In this document: positions 27,101 through 38,086 of the stretch, piece after piece
Layout of the letters: every line of letters begins with the position of its first letter
How positions within the stretch are numbered: position 1 is the stretch's first letter
From: Tubulanus polymorphus
Taxonomy: Eukaryota; Animalia; Nemertea
Direction of reading: 5' to 3'
NCBI RefSeq assembly: GCF_964204645.1
Contig: NC_134027.1
Coordinates: 27,304,560-27,368,559 of the forward strand
Length of the DNA: 64,000 nucleotides
The notes under the pieces: model-generated
The model's database searches: none
The model's input: the letters and a program-made list of their open reading frames with translations, nothing else
Told to the model about the DNA's origin: nothing
Translations under genes and position numbers: made by a program

Positions 27101-29155
27101 GTATGTCTAATGTCATGTCCTGTAATGTCATGCATGTTTTACTAATAGCTGTGTTAACACTGACTACTGAACCAGAGAGGTGGTACAGACCTCCCTTGAG
27201 ACCTACCTCCCTCCCTCAACCACTGAACTGGAGAGGTGGTACAGACCTCTCTTGAGACCTACCTCCCTTCCTCCACTGAACTGGAGAGGTAGCACAGACC
27301 TCTCTTGAGACCTACCTCCCTTCCTCTACTATTGAACTGGAGAGGTTGTACAGACCTCTCTTGAGACCTACCTCCCTTCCTCCACTACTGAACTGGAGAG
27401 GTAGCACAGACCTCCCTCCCTCAACTACTGAAACCAGAGAGGTGGCACAGACCTCCCTCCCTCCCTCAACTGAACCAGAGAGGTAGCACAGACCTCCCTC
27501 CCCTCCTCTACTGAACCAGAGAGGTAGCACAGACCTCCCTTGAGACAAACTATAAGCAATCAGCTTTTAACATTCCTACATAAATAATCTCTAATAAAAT
27601 TGAATAATGTTGATAAAATACTCACCATTGCTGTCCCAACTTTATCAGAATCATACACATATAAGGCATCATTACACAGATTATGATAAGGCATTATATC
27701 AGGAATATCTATTTCTAGCACCTGCAACATTATTTTCCAGTTTTTATTTTCCGCTTTAAAAGTCATCGTACATTCGTTATTGTTTGTATAATATTGCGTA
27801 TCCGGGCGATGCGATAATACAGTGGCGCCACCTAGGTATTTAATATCGCTGCAGTCAACCCCATCCATATAATCTGAAAATACAAAATATTTCAAAATAA
27901 TCAAAATAGAATCTGATTTATAATAGACATTTACACTATTGAAATGAGAGTGCGTGAGGAGATGGAGAGAGCAGGGATGGAGGGGATGCTGGATACAGCA
28001 TGGATGGAGGAGATGCTGGATGCAGCAGGGATGGAGATGCTGGATACAGCAGGGATGGATGAGATGCTGGATGCAGCAGGGATGGAGGGGATGCTGGATG
28101 CAGCATGGATGGAGGCGATGCTGGATACAGCAGTAGATGATAAGTTAATTTCTAGCTCTGAAACTGAGTGTGTTAAACTGTTATCAATTTGTCAAAATGA
28201 ATATTTCAGATTGGAGTGAAACCTCAATCAGGTCTAACACCAGCCACAATCGGTCGAGTCTGTCTGGTCTGTGTTATAACACCATTAAATACACTGTTTA
28301 TTTGTACTAAACACGTTTTATAACAACATCACAACATTGTACAATCAGTGCTATCTATCATATCAGTAGAACATCATCATTAATCATTCCCTCCCTCCAC
28401 CTCTCCACGAGATCTGGATACAGTAGCAGGCAATAAGCAAATATCCATAAAAACTTGTCATTATGAGTTTTTGGACATACAGAAAAGAATTATCAGAAAT
28501 TTTTTTTTGGTTAAACAACAATAAAAGAACCAGTCAGAAATCAATTACGCCTCTAAGCCCTGTGTACCATATACCCAAATTTAATAAACATCCCTCCTGC
28601 AATAGGCTAACTAATTTCTGGACTCAGTGACCTACCCTCCCCCTGGCAGTAGCTAGCCCTAAACACGCAGTCATATGGCTCCTGGTTATGACACCTACAG
28701 GTTCTAATTTTCTGCGTCACTCATATGGCCACAGCAAATTATTAGACAATATTTACAGTTGCAACTGCTGCATCCAGTGTAGGCCTAGACTAGAGCAGCC
28801 CTAGGGCCCAGGATAAAACTGCTGTGAGGAGGGTCAGTAGGTAGACTACATGACGACAAGAGGATACGGAAGTCTATCAGCGGAGATGCTGACACTTTTA
28901 GTGATGATACGGAGCGGAGATGCTGCTGCTGGAGTGGTGGTCGTGTGATGATGCGTTCCGAGCTCATCTCTTATCTATTCTATCCTAATTTTAAAATCAT
29001 CAGTAGCACTCAGAAATTTCATAATTATCACATATTAATAAATATAATTATTACTTACATATCTGAGTTTTTTTACAAATACATTCCGATAAAAACAGCG
29101 TCAAAATCCAAATAATCCTCAGCGATTGTAAGATGAAATCATGGCCAAGCGCCAT
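7321..29155 (-). CDS. CUB + LDL-receptor class A single-pass transmembrane protein (LDLRAD/CULD-like), 7 coding exons
   Basis: Phase-consistent GT-AG exons: 29155-29059 (signal peptide MALGHDFILQSLRIIWILTLFLSECIC), 27873-27626, 26026-25932, 18461-18400 (CUB: YTNNNECTMTF..CNDALYVYD..LCG..SSGPYLTVAFRTD..GKGFKL), 13493-13365 (LDLa: CGNNFKCDNQWCIDEDLKCDNVDHCGDNSDE), 9669-9460 (TM plus CCCCRC), 7592-7321 (Pro/Tyr tail with PPSY, ending FPVHV*). Confidence 0.85.
7638..7958. mobile_element. Partial copy of the same MITE family with its internal ~39-bp subrepeat amplified about 4x
   Basis: Starts TTAACCCATTCA, contains ttgaaagatggcagcac, then repeated tacaccgcactgcggggtagacacgct. Confidence 0.55.
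10365..10960. repeat. 37-bp minisatellite (tgatctataatgatctatccctgttctacgggtgcca)
   Basis: About 15 copies, degenerating at the ends. Confidence 0.95.
11330..11540. repeat. TCAG/GCTGG-based degenerate tandem repeat
   Basis: Repeated gatcagttagctggtcagtcagt. Confidence 0.85.
12963..13214 (+). repeat. 29-bp GC-rich minisatellite resembling a tRNA T-arm / B-box
   Basis: About 9 copies of gtccggggctcgatccccgcgccccgtca. Confidence 0.9.
13536..13814. mobile_element. Non-autonomous piggyBac-like MITE
   Basis: Perfect 12-bp TIR CCCTTTCAGTGC / GCACTGAAAGGG. TTAA directly follows the right end; the left flank is TTAAAA (imperfect TSD). Internal palindromic tacaccgc..gcggtgta subrepeats; related copies elsewhere in the window. 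Confidence 0.7.
16771..16876 (+). mobile_element. Penelope-like pLTR remnant with a degenerate minimal hammerhead ribozyme motif
   Basis: CTAATGA-T-GGCTAAC-AGTT-GTTAGCC-GAAACGTC (perfect 7-bp stem II, one core change), followed about 55 nt later by ATTGTGGGATTT, a tail shared with other copies. Confidence 0.5.
17022..17225. repeat. 21-bp minisatellite (aactgtggaactggatccaga)
   Basis: About 9 copies; single units are dispersed at about 5715, 43667, 50315 and 50402. Confidence 0.9.
17563..17815. repeat. ~80-bp tandem repeat containing a CTAGGGTTAG..CTAACCCTAG hairpin
   Basis: About 3 copies; contains CCAAT and CATGTG. Confidence 0.8.
18027..18230. repeat. GA-rich low-complexity tract
   Basis: Polypurine run. 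Confidence 0.95.
21457..21858. repeat. 26-bp minisatellite (ctgtccctatcactgttagactgtcr)
   Basis: About 14 copies. Confidence 0.95.
22262..23166. repeat. 39-bp minisatellite (agcaggtctagggctgagagagtagggcatgtagtggtc)
   Basis: About 23 copies. The 39-bp period explains the long periodic ORFs on both strands. Confidence 0.97.
23718..24003. repeat. 27-bp minisatellite (gaaccctctagtaccacagatctaaaa)
   Basis: About 10 copies. Confidence 0.9.
24103..24260. repeat. 39-bp tandem repeat x4
   Basis: aatggcagcaggtcaccagtgaacaggacttcatgtctt. Confidence 0.92.
25555..25820. repeat. CT-rich polypyrimidine low-complexity tract
   Basis: Directly visible. Confidence 0.92.
26434..26612. repeat. ~34-bp minisatellite (caggtacaagacacagtcagtaccagtaccagt)
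   Basis: About 5 copies. Confidence 0.9.
27165..27546. repeat. Variable-length (40-55 bp) minisatellite (actgaactggagaggtagcacagacctc...)
   Basis: About 8 copies. Confidence 0.88.
27960..28133. repeat. 30-bp minisatellite (gcagggatggaggggatgctggatacagca-like)
   Basis: About 6 copies. Confidence 0.88.
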
Positions 29156-29573
29156 GTTTCTCCCACATACCTCCATAACGCCATCTAGTAATCATTCTAG
29201 TAACTAATTTTACTATAATTAAAGCTGAACAGACACTCATTCATAAATACTCGCGTGCCAGTGATCGCGCTTAGATGGCGCTATTAGACGGTTCTATATT
29301 TCAACGTTGAATCTGGCGGTCTGCGAACGCCGGAGAATTAAGAGCTATTGATTGATTTATACGCGTTCACCCGACTGAATAACATTTCGAATTTTTCAAT
29401 AGTGAATGTCAAGTATTTAAGGAAATTCAGTCCATTAACAGCGGGTAGATTTATAATTAATTTATCGAAGTGATGAGAGAGGGAAAGAGGTGGTCGGAAG
29501 TGCTGTTCGGCGGTGTCACTAGAACTGTGAGAATCCAGTCAACATTTCATCAGTCGTCACCGATACGTCAAAC

Positions 29574-31467
29574 ATGTATCTTATGCTCATTTTCTACGGT
29601 CTCTTCCCGTGGCTGCGAGCAACTAACTTTAGTAAGTATATTCTATTTCTCAATAAAAAAAAGTATTTGCTTTCTTCCTTGTATTAGAATTTAGGGAGAT
29701 ATATGATATTCGTAAAATGTAAACCATCGTATTGATACTAGCAAGAGCTGAACATTTCAATTTAGATCCTTAAAATTATGGAATTCATTTTCAATGAAAA
29801 TTGAAATGAAATATTATCGATTTGATTGTTTAACGATGATCTCTAGGGTGAGATCGAAACGTCGAGTATTTTACACTTTAGATATTTTGAATAAGTAAAT
29901 TCTCGATTTTGAAATTCTTTTAATTTGTACATTGTGGGTTTTTATCTAATTATCCGTTATTATCGTACTACAATTGTATCGATTATTTTCAGATACATCC
30001 GCCGGTCAAGAATTTCTGGTTTTATTTCTGCCAAATAAAGACGCTATCGTGGAATCATCGAAACTGACTTTATTCGTCACAGTTCATCGTCGATGTACCG
30101 CGCCCGTGTTAGTTAACATTACTACTCCATCTTACACCGGCTTTTCGGCAATAACGGAAACAGTTTCAAACAACGAGGGAAAATGTGTAAATCTGCCGGG
30201 AAATCTGAGAATAAATTCCGACGAAGAATTCGTGAAAAAGGTCATAAGAGTTCGATCTAACTGCACTATCCGATTGTGGGGATTAAATCAACAAATTCAG
30301 TCGACGGATGGGTTTGTATTGTTGCCGATTTCTGAAATGTCGATCGAACGCAATGAACAGCAGATTGTCTGGTATAAAGCGGTTTGTTGGCACGACTTTA
30401 AACAATACTGTCAGATCGCTATAGCAGTGAGATATAACAATACTAAACTACGAATCGAATTCCCAAAACAAATAACAACAACAAACGTCACAAATTATCG
30501 CAATTCTATTCTATCAGAATTCGAAGCTTTGTATATAAAAACCGTGCGGCCTTTTGATTTAACAGGAACCGTAATTTCATCCGACAAGCCGATTTCCGTG
30601 TTCAGCGGAAATGACGTCACAAGGGTCCACGATCCTAGTACGAGGGTGAGAGGTCACGATCATCTCTGCGTTCAGTTGACACCCGTTAACACGTGGGGTA
30701 TGTCAGTATACTCTGACCCCACACCGGAATTGAATCCCAATTATTACAAGTTGATTCCTGCCCGATTGGGTACGACTGTTCTCTATCGCGCCTACCAGAC
30801 TACCGGAAGTATGTCAAACTGTACGATTAGATATTTGAATAATTCGTCTGCAAAAGATTTCAGTAGAGAGAATTTGAATCAACTTAAAATAATTGTTAAC
30901 AGCGGTTGGATATTATTACGAGTAAAAGCCGGGTGTTATTTAGTTATAACAGCAGAAGGTCCAGTTTCATTAACTAGATTCATACATTCGCATTCAAGAT
31001 TAGTTCCTAATTCCGACCCTTCGATGGTGACATTACCCCCAGTTCAACAATTCGATAATTCATATTCGTTCTTAGTACCGGAGAACGCAAGTCGATCCGG
31101 TGAGAAATATACGAATTGGGTTCATATCGCGTACTCTCAACCGCCGGATAAGTCTGATAAGATTCAGTTTCACGTAGATGATATACTGATAAACCAGGAT
31201 CGAATCGTCGAATTAGAATCGATGAGATTTATCAAGGTTAAAATTTCCAGTGGATTTCATTCAATCGGAAACAATGCCTCGCATCCGTTCAGTGTCGTGG
31301 TTTACGGCTCGTTTCGCTATGAAAGTTATTTGTTTAGTTTGGGACAAAAACTCAACATTATCAACGTAAGCGATTCGTCAATATACGTTTGATTAAAATC
31401 AACGAATCGCATGTTAAAATCTGGTTTTTGTTTCAGGAATTAAAACCTGTTTGGAGAAGAGAAAACG
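29574..31467 (+). CDS. Secreted IgGFc-binding-protein N-terminal domain (FCGBP-like) protein; 3' end uncertain
   Basis: Exon 29574-29631 encodes a signal-like peptide (MYLMLIFYGLFPWLRATNF), phase 1. Exon 29993-31365 has the family motifs SAGQEFLVLFLPN, STDGFVLLP, DLTGTVISSDKPISVFSGN, DHLCVQLTPVNTWG, DPSMVTLPPVQQF and VYGSFRYESY. Small exon 31437-31467; possible further microexon 31806-31825. Confidence 0.8.
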
Positions 31468-32382
31468 GTGAGTTATTTGTGTCTTCAAATATATTTACTT
31501 TAAGTTGAAAATCATTAAGAATATTTGAAATGATTTTTATGATAATTTTAAGTCGAAGTTTAGTTTTTTTGAAATCAATATTAATTTGAAGTGCATTGGT
31601 AGAGATTCTATCTACGTATCATCTTGCGAATTATAAGCTATAAATGTTTACAAAACACTAACTCTCAAACCGAACATGTTTGATGTATTCAAATTGATAT
31701 GGTCGATACAACGTGAGGAATTTGAAAGGTCCAAATGCGGATTGAATTTTTCTTTTATTCCATCAACATATCCCGCCGGTACAATGACTAAAAGTTTCAT
31801 CCCAGTTCAATGTGGCTTCTCTAAGGTAAGTCTTTCTGTAATTCGTATGCAAAATATATCATCCTTTCTACTTTCCAAGAAGCGACGGATGACACCTCCC
31901 CCCCCCCGAAACCACGCATTATTTTGTTTATAAGTATATACGCTGCGGATTGATGCAGAGTTCAAATTGATGGTCATTTATTGTTCAAAACCACAAACAA
32001 GGAAATGAATAAATAAAAGGTGAAGTTTTCAATCGGCTCCAAACTGATCTTGTTTTTATGGATGTTATTTCTAAGAAGCCGAGGGGTCAGTTGTACTTAA
32101 AACATAAACCTCCCAAAAATATAATTAACCGATGACTTAAATTTGTGTCTTCAATCGATGAGTAGAAGTACATCTCGTGTATATCACAAGTGTAAATAGA
32201 GAGAGAGAGTACGTTTAATGATGAAATGAGAACTTTTTCGGTTTTGACGGCGATCGCGAAAATAAATGACGAAAAAAATTAAATCCAACGAAAAAAAAGG
32301 ACTTGATAAATAACGGGTAAAAGTTCAGGTGATGATTATTGAAAGTTAGGAAGTTGAAGAAGAGAGATCGGGAAGCGAAAAG

Positions 32383-34177
32383 ATGGAAAAACTCCAGACT
32401 CTCGTGTTTATATTAATCTCTATTTTTAGGTAAGGATTCCAGTTTGTAGAAAGAGCTTTCAAAATTTATTAATGAAATATCTTTTCGATGTGCGATTAAT
32501 TCTCAGAGGGTGTTTCATGCATTTATAATGTAACATGCAGTAATAATATATCAAAGTATGTATAACACCTCACTCTCAAACGCCGCAGCACTGCCTGAAA
32601 ACAATTATTCGAATTCAAAACATTTTGCACTAAATTTGACGATGCGTTGCACAAGTAAATCTTTGAAGAGCATAATTCAAAGTTTTGTTTTGGGTGCAGT
32701 ATTTCTAGGGGTGTCCCGGTGAGTGATAAACAATCCCCCAGAAATCTCAACCAACAGAATGCGAGGAAATTACGAGTTATGTGGAGAACAACTGATCGTG
32801 ATCGAGATGGATCGATGTCAGAAACTGAGCTCAATTCCGTTTATTCAATGTTTGATAGAAATGGTAAGAAATAAACGACGAAATATCTTTTGATTGATAT
32901 TAAATCAATGAATTGGTTTCATATGCCGAATAGGTAATATTTGAAATTATATCTTCGTAACATTTGATGACAACAAATTCATTCACTTGCGCAAAATCTA
33001 CCAATGATTTAGTTCTAATGTAGTTTCTTAATCATGTTTTGATCTAGAAATGAGGAATACCTCTTATTATTCATTTGGTTGACCAGTTACCTTGTGCTCA
33101 CCTTTACTGAGAACGTTTCTGGGTGATTTCTAAATCGGAAATCGAAGTACAGATTTAATTGGAAATATCGATATGTTTTGCAGAAGATGGTCAGGTAACA
33201 GTAAGAGAACTGATTCATGGATGGACAAACAGAAATCCCGAAACTGATCGCAGAAAATCCAGCGCTTTAGCGAGGGGTTTATTTCATATTGGTGACACAA
33301 ATAATGACGGTTTTATCACAGCGGAAGATATCAAACCACTGTACAAACAATTCGATATGAATAGTAAGTACTTTTTAGATATTGAAGAGCTATGTAGTTT
33401 ATCTGTCCCTAAATCAGAAAGAATGGCAAATACTATAGCTGGCGTGCTTCCACATCCCGACACAAAGCAGTTTGAATCTTCTCGCATTTAGTATTTGAAT
33501 ACCAGCAGCAGAGACTAACGAACGGTGGTCATTTAGATCGTCTTGTCCTCAGTTTATCTTGTAGACCTGAATGCGATATTGGTTGTTCGATTATTGACCT
33601 TTAATTTATTGTGTTTTACAGAGGATGAAACAGTTTCAAAAGATGAATTCTTACAGTTCTGGATAAACGTGAGTAATAGATGTCGTAATAATAGATTAAG
33701 TGAAGTATCCTCCTAAATGATCCTCGCTTAAACAAAAGGATAAAATATAACCAGAGACTTGCCATGCTATGCCAGCAGCCAAAAGTACTTTCTTCTCGAA
33801 CACTTGATTATCTTTCAAATTGACAGCAACCCTAAAAGATAGCCCTAACCCTTGATTCGAACCCGAAACCGATGCGAGCCAGCTCAGCAAGCAAACCACT
33901 CGACCAACGCGCTGTAGTGATTATTGTGAGGGTTGTTAATCTCATCACGGTGTCATATCTGCTGACCAGTCACGTGTGTGACCGGTGACCAGTCAGGTGT
34001 TGTGACTGGTCACCAGTCAGGTATGACGCTGATGACCAGTCACGTGTGGTGTGGTAACTGGTGACCAGTCAGGTGTGGTGACTAACAATACCCGCTATCA
34101 TTCTCTGATAATGCTTGAACAGTATTTCGATTTTTCAGATATTTTCAGCACTCGCAGCAAGAAGACAAAATAATTAA
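32383..34177 (+). CDS. Secreted four-EF-hand calcium-binding protein (resembles lophotrochozoan insoluble matrix shell protein 5-like family)
   Basis: Exons 32383-32429, 32700-32863, 33184-33363, 33622-33668, 34139-34177. Signal peptide MEKLQTLVFILISIFSISRG/VPV. EF loops DRDRDGSMSETE, DRNEDGQVTVRE, DTNNDGFITAED, DMNKDETVSKDE. Family name is recalled, not searched. Confidence 0.82.
33845..33913 (-). mobile_element. tRNA-derived SINE-like head (Pol III A/B boxes) in an intron of the EF-hand gene
   Basis: The minus strand reads TGGTCGAGTGG (A box), about 32 nt, then GGTTCGAATC (B box). No intact cloverleaf. Confidence 0.5.
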
Positions 34178-34528
34178 AACCCTTTCAATATCAAACATAC
34201 TTCTGATTAGCACGAAATATATTGAATATGAAACTGTTAATTGTTGCGTCGTGTTTTTGTTTACGAGGGATTAATGTTCTATTTTCACTCCCCGCTGTCA
34301 TCGGAAGTTTGGACGCGTTCCCTATTGACAAAGTCCAGTGCGGCTAACGTAGCATTTGACGCGACGACTGTGTGACTTCAAGCCACTGTCTATAGACGAA
34401 TATGTAGTTCCTTGTTTGGATCCATCATAGATAATAGAATTGAGACTGGGACACGATTGAATCATACAACAACAACATGTATCCAATCAACTTGATTTTC
34501 TTATAATATACCGGTACAACCAGCCTGT

Positions 34529-34541
34529 TTTATTTAATAAA
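34529..34541. terminator. Back-to-back poly(A) signals (TTTATT-T-AATAAA) between the convergent EF-hand and Borealin genes
   Basis: AATAAA on + at 34536-34541 and on - at 34529-34534. Confidence 0.55.
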
Positions 34542-34924
34542 ACTTATATACAAAAAACAGCAAAACATCATAAATGCATGCATTGGTAAGAGAGAGAGGA
34601 GGAGAGTTGAGAGAGGAGAGTTGAGAGAGGAGAGAGAGAGAGGAGAGTTGAGGGAGGAGAGGAGGACAGAGAGAGGAGAACTAAGAGAATTCAGAGGAAA
34701 GTTGAGAGGAAAGAGAGGACGACAGAGAGAGGAGAGTTGAGAGATTACAGAGAGAGAGAGGAGGAGAGTAATAATCTATTGAAACCAAAAGCAGTTTGAA
34801 CTGAAGAGTACTAGCATTTTCAATAACAAGCATGATTTAATGACCGAAGAGAAAGAAGAGAGTGAGAAAAAGAGAGAAGGGAGAGTGAAGTGTGTTATCA
34901 ATATTTCAGTATTTTTGAAGGTAA

Positions 34925-37159
34925 TTATTTTCTCACAAGGTTTGTAATATAACGCTGCATTTCTAACAGTTTTTCGTGCGTGTCTCGATCTTGAGCTTCT
35001 ATTCGTTTTGGCTGAAAAACAGAAAACACAAACAAACCGCTGAAACAACGTCTTATAAAACTGTGAAATCAATTAATGAACCGATGAAATAAATATTATC
35101 ATCACTACAGCAGACAGTGCGCTTGCCAGGGATTATTGGACGCTCAGGTTGACTAAATAACTTCCAATTCAAGTGATAACGACCCATCGTCACTCAAACA
35201 GCTGGCAGTTAACTCTAACTCACAACTGCGGAACCGGGTCCTGTATTTTTTATTTTTTACCTGTCCGAATTCATCGACGTAGGAACAAACACCATTTTTA
35301 TCGAATACAATACAAACATCGTCAGTTTTAACGGGAGAACCGGTTACCGAGATACACGGTCGCAATGTCTTCTCTTTCTTCCTCTGAAGTCGAGTTATAC
35401 CAGGAGTTTGAAATAATCTGAAATACAATTAACAGTGAGAGTCAGCAGTGAGTTAATACAGTAGATTTGATAATATAGAGGGTGACACTAGTTTCTGTGT
35501 GTCAGTAACTGTACATGTACAGAGCGTAAAGTGAACATACCTAGGATCAAATTTCGGAGTAATCATTGGTGTGTCCATTAGTTTAGAATACGGAGTTTCT
35601 TGATAATAACGATTAGTGTTTGACTGTCTATTACTGTTAAATAAAATATAATACAGTTTATAAATGTAGAACACGGTTAATAAAAAGATGACTCGCCCCT
35701 GATGCAGGAGGGAGGGGATGATATAGGTGGGTACCTTCTGGTTGAACGTCTCGAAGCTTGGGCTGGCGGTTGATTACTTAATCTTCGACCCTAAACATCA
35801 ATAAAAATACATGTTTATATCATACAGACGAACAGAAAATATAGCGAAATTCAATGATGTCATCGAATTTGATAATTATGTTACATTAATGACTCCAAAT
35901 TATTAATTATGATTAACACTTAGGTCATTGAATAAGAAATAATGAGAACTAAAAAATAGAAATGACTTCAGTAATGCAAATCTGACTGTAGCAGATAGTA
36001 TGTTTAAAATAAGAGAGAGGGAGGAGAAGGGGAGGAGAGGGAATAGAAAGAAGAGAGAGGTAGGAGAGGAGAGAGGAGGTGTTAGTTTTACCCGTGTAGT
36101 GCGTCTGTTAGAAGCTACAGGTTTGTTCGTTGTCGTCGTTTCCTCTTCCGCTACGGAATCTAAAACTCCAATCACTTTCTTCGAACGTTTACTGGAAAGA
36201 AAAATCATTTTACTCTAAAAATTTCATCAAAAATTCGAAACATAAAACGAGTGAAACTGATTCAGTGTGATTTACCTTTTAACAGTTGTAACGGTTAAAC
36301 AAGGCATTTTAAATTCCGAATTATCGGATTCATTTTTATCAGTTTTATTTGTATTCAACCATAGGATCGCTTTAGAAGCACTGCCAGCTCCTGAAATATA
36401 ATATAAAACTATATTTATAGAGCGATTAGTGAGTAATAATCAGATCAATATTGAATTTCACTTACTCAGATAATCATCAATGTTCATTTCACGAACTGCC
36501 TGAAAATCAATAAAACAGTTTTTATTTCACTTACATTTTTAATCTGTTGATTGTGTATTAATCATAATAATTATAATCTAAATATGATTACATTACACCC
36601 TGATTGAGTTGCGATGAATCCTTGCTTATTTTGTATATCTATGTTTGGAAGATAATATCATTATGTGATTTTTCGGTGAAACGTCTAAATGGATTCCAAT
36701 TCCAAACAGATCAAGTCAGTTTCTACAAGGGTTGGTGAGATGGTGTAGGGGTCTTACGTGGTTACTTACAGAGGGCGGGAGTACTTATAGGAGGAGGGTA
36801 CTTACAGGGGGCGCTGGTACTTACAGGAGGGAGTTTAGCTAATTCAAAATCAGCTATTTTCTTCATTAATTCACATAATACTTGAGCTTCTTTCTGCGTT
36901 TTTTGTATTCGAGAATCAACTGAAATAAAAGGTTCCGACATCAACGCAACAGCACAGAGTGAAATAATACGACAACACAACACCTGCCGGGTAGAGATAC
37001 TGATCGCACTCACTGACCTTCTTGATCAAAATCTTGCAAGAAAAGTTTCAGTTTTTCTTCTTTTTGACGTCGTGTTAAGTTCTTGCCTTCGTCTCCATCA
37101 GGTACGGTCGGTTTAGCTCTTTTACTAACGGCTTTACGACCACCAACCTTTCTCGGCAT
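34925..37159 (-). CDS. CDCA8: Borealin (chromosomal passenger complex subunit)
   Basis: Exons 37159-37018, 36919-36825, 36499-36466, 36390-36276, 36191-36092, 35790-35735, 35633-35541, 35417-35261, 35011-34925, all phase-consistent. N-terminal KLKLFLQDFDQEV..LAKLPPAVREMNIDDYL, central TPMITPKFDPR, ISVTGSP, and a C-terminal helix. Probable 5'UTR exon ending at 37355. Confidence 0.85.
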
Positions 37160-38086
37160 TTTGTATTTTCTATCTGTAAAATAAAAATCAGCCCCTGTGT
37201 CGTGAATCACCAATCAACAAACAATTGACAAGCTGAGGAACTGGAACTGTCATATATGATTAAAAACGAGCCCTTTGGGCTTTAAGCATCAATCCATCTC
37301 CTCCATCATCATTGCGTATCTGAAGAAGAAATAGAATTAAATTTGCTCTCTCACCTGCTGGTGCTGTGTATTCGGGGATTTAGATATCAGTTTCAATATC
37401 AAAACACCATTGAAGTTTTGAAATTAGCGCTGGACTTCCGCATTTACTAATTACCGACAAAACGAGAACGGGTGGCTCCAAAAATGTGAGGGATATTATA
37501 CAGCGGTTACAATTACTGGTATAATTAAAAAACTGACTACTGATGGATAAGGTAATGTAATGAGCAAATGAGGTATCGTATTTTCTTTAAACTTTTGTTC
37601 ATTTTTACACAATATAGTAAATTGAATTGATTCTGTAGTGAGATGTAATAGAACTGCATCGCAACAATTTTGTTAAATTTCTATCTTGCGTTGTATAACA
37701 CTGAACAAACAAACGGTACTGCTGCGCTGTCACTGTTCAATGTGTTACTGCTGCTGTCACTGTTCATGTGTCACTTTGCTCTTTAGTTCACAGTATAGAT
37801 TCTGAATACAGGTAGGCATAATCTACAGCAGTAGGAGGGGTTGACCAGGACTCTAAACTGGAGAGGGCGGGGACCTGGGGGTGGGCTGGGCCGACAGAGG
37901 AGTCAGATGAGTAGGCCTACTCTTGACTTCATTCCTTTATTTGGCCTGACGTGGGTTGATGTAAGTCAATTTAATGGAATTGAAGCAGCCAATCCTTGGC
38001 ACTGGCGGCTGCAAATTGGTAACTGAAGATTATCTTACGTTTTTTTTCAGATTTGGCTGCTGGCGCCACCTGTATCAGGTTCAAAG

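Noticed and set aside
32420-32435. tttttAG|GTAAG as a recursive splice (ratchet) site
   Set aside because: Better explained as the donor of the EF-hand gene's signal-peptide exon (ATG 32383, ..ATT TTT AG|gt).
33845-33913. Functional tRNA gene
   Set aside because: A and B boxes are present, but acceptor, anticodon and T stems do not pair properly; treated as SINE-like.
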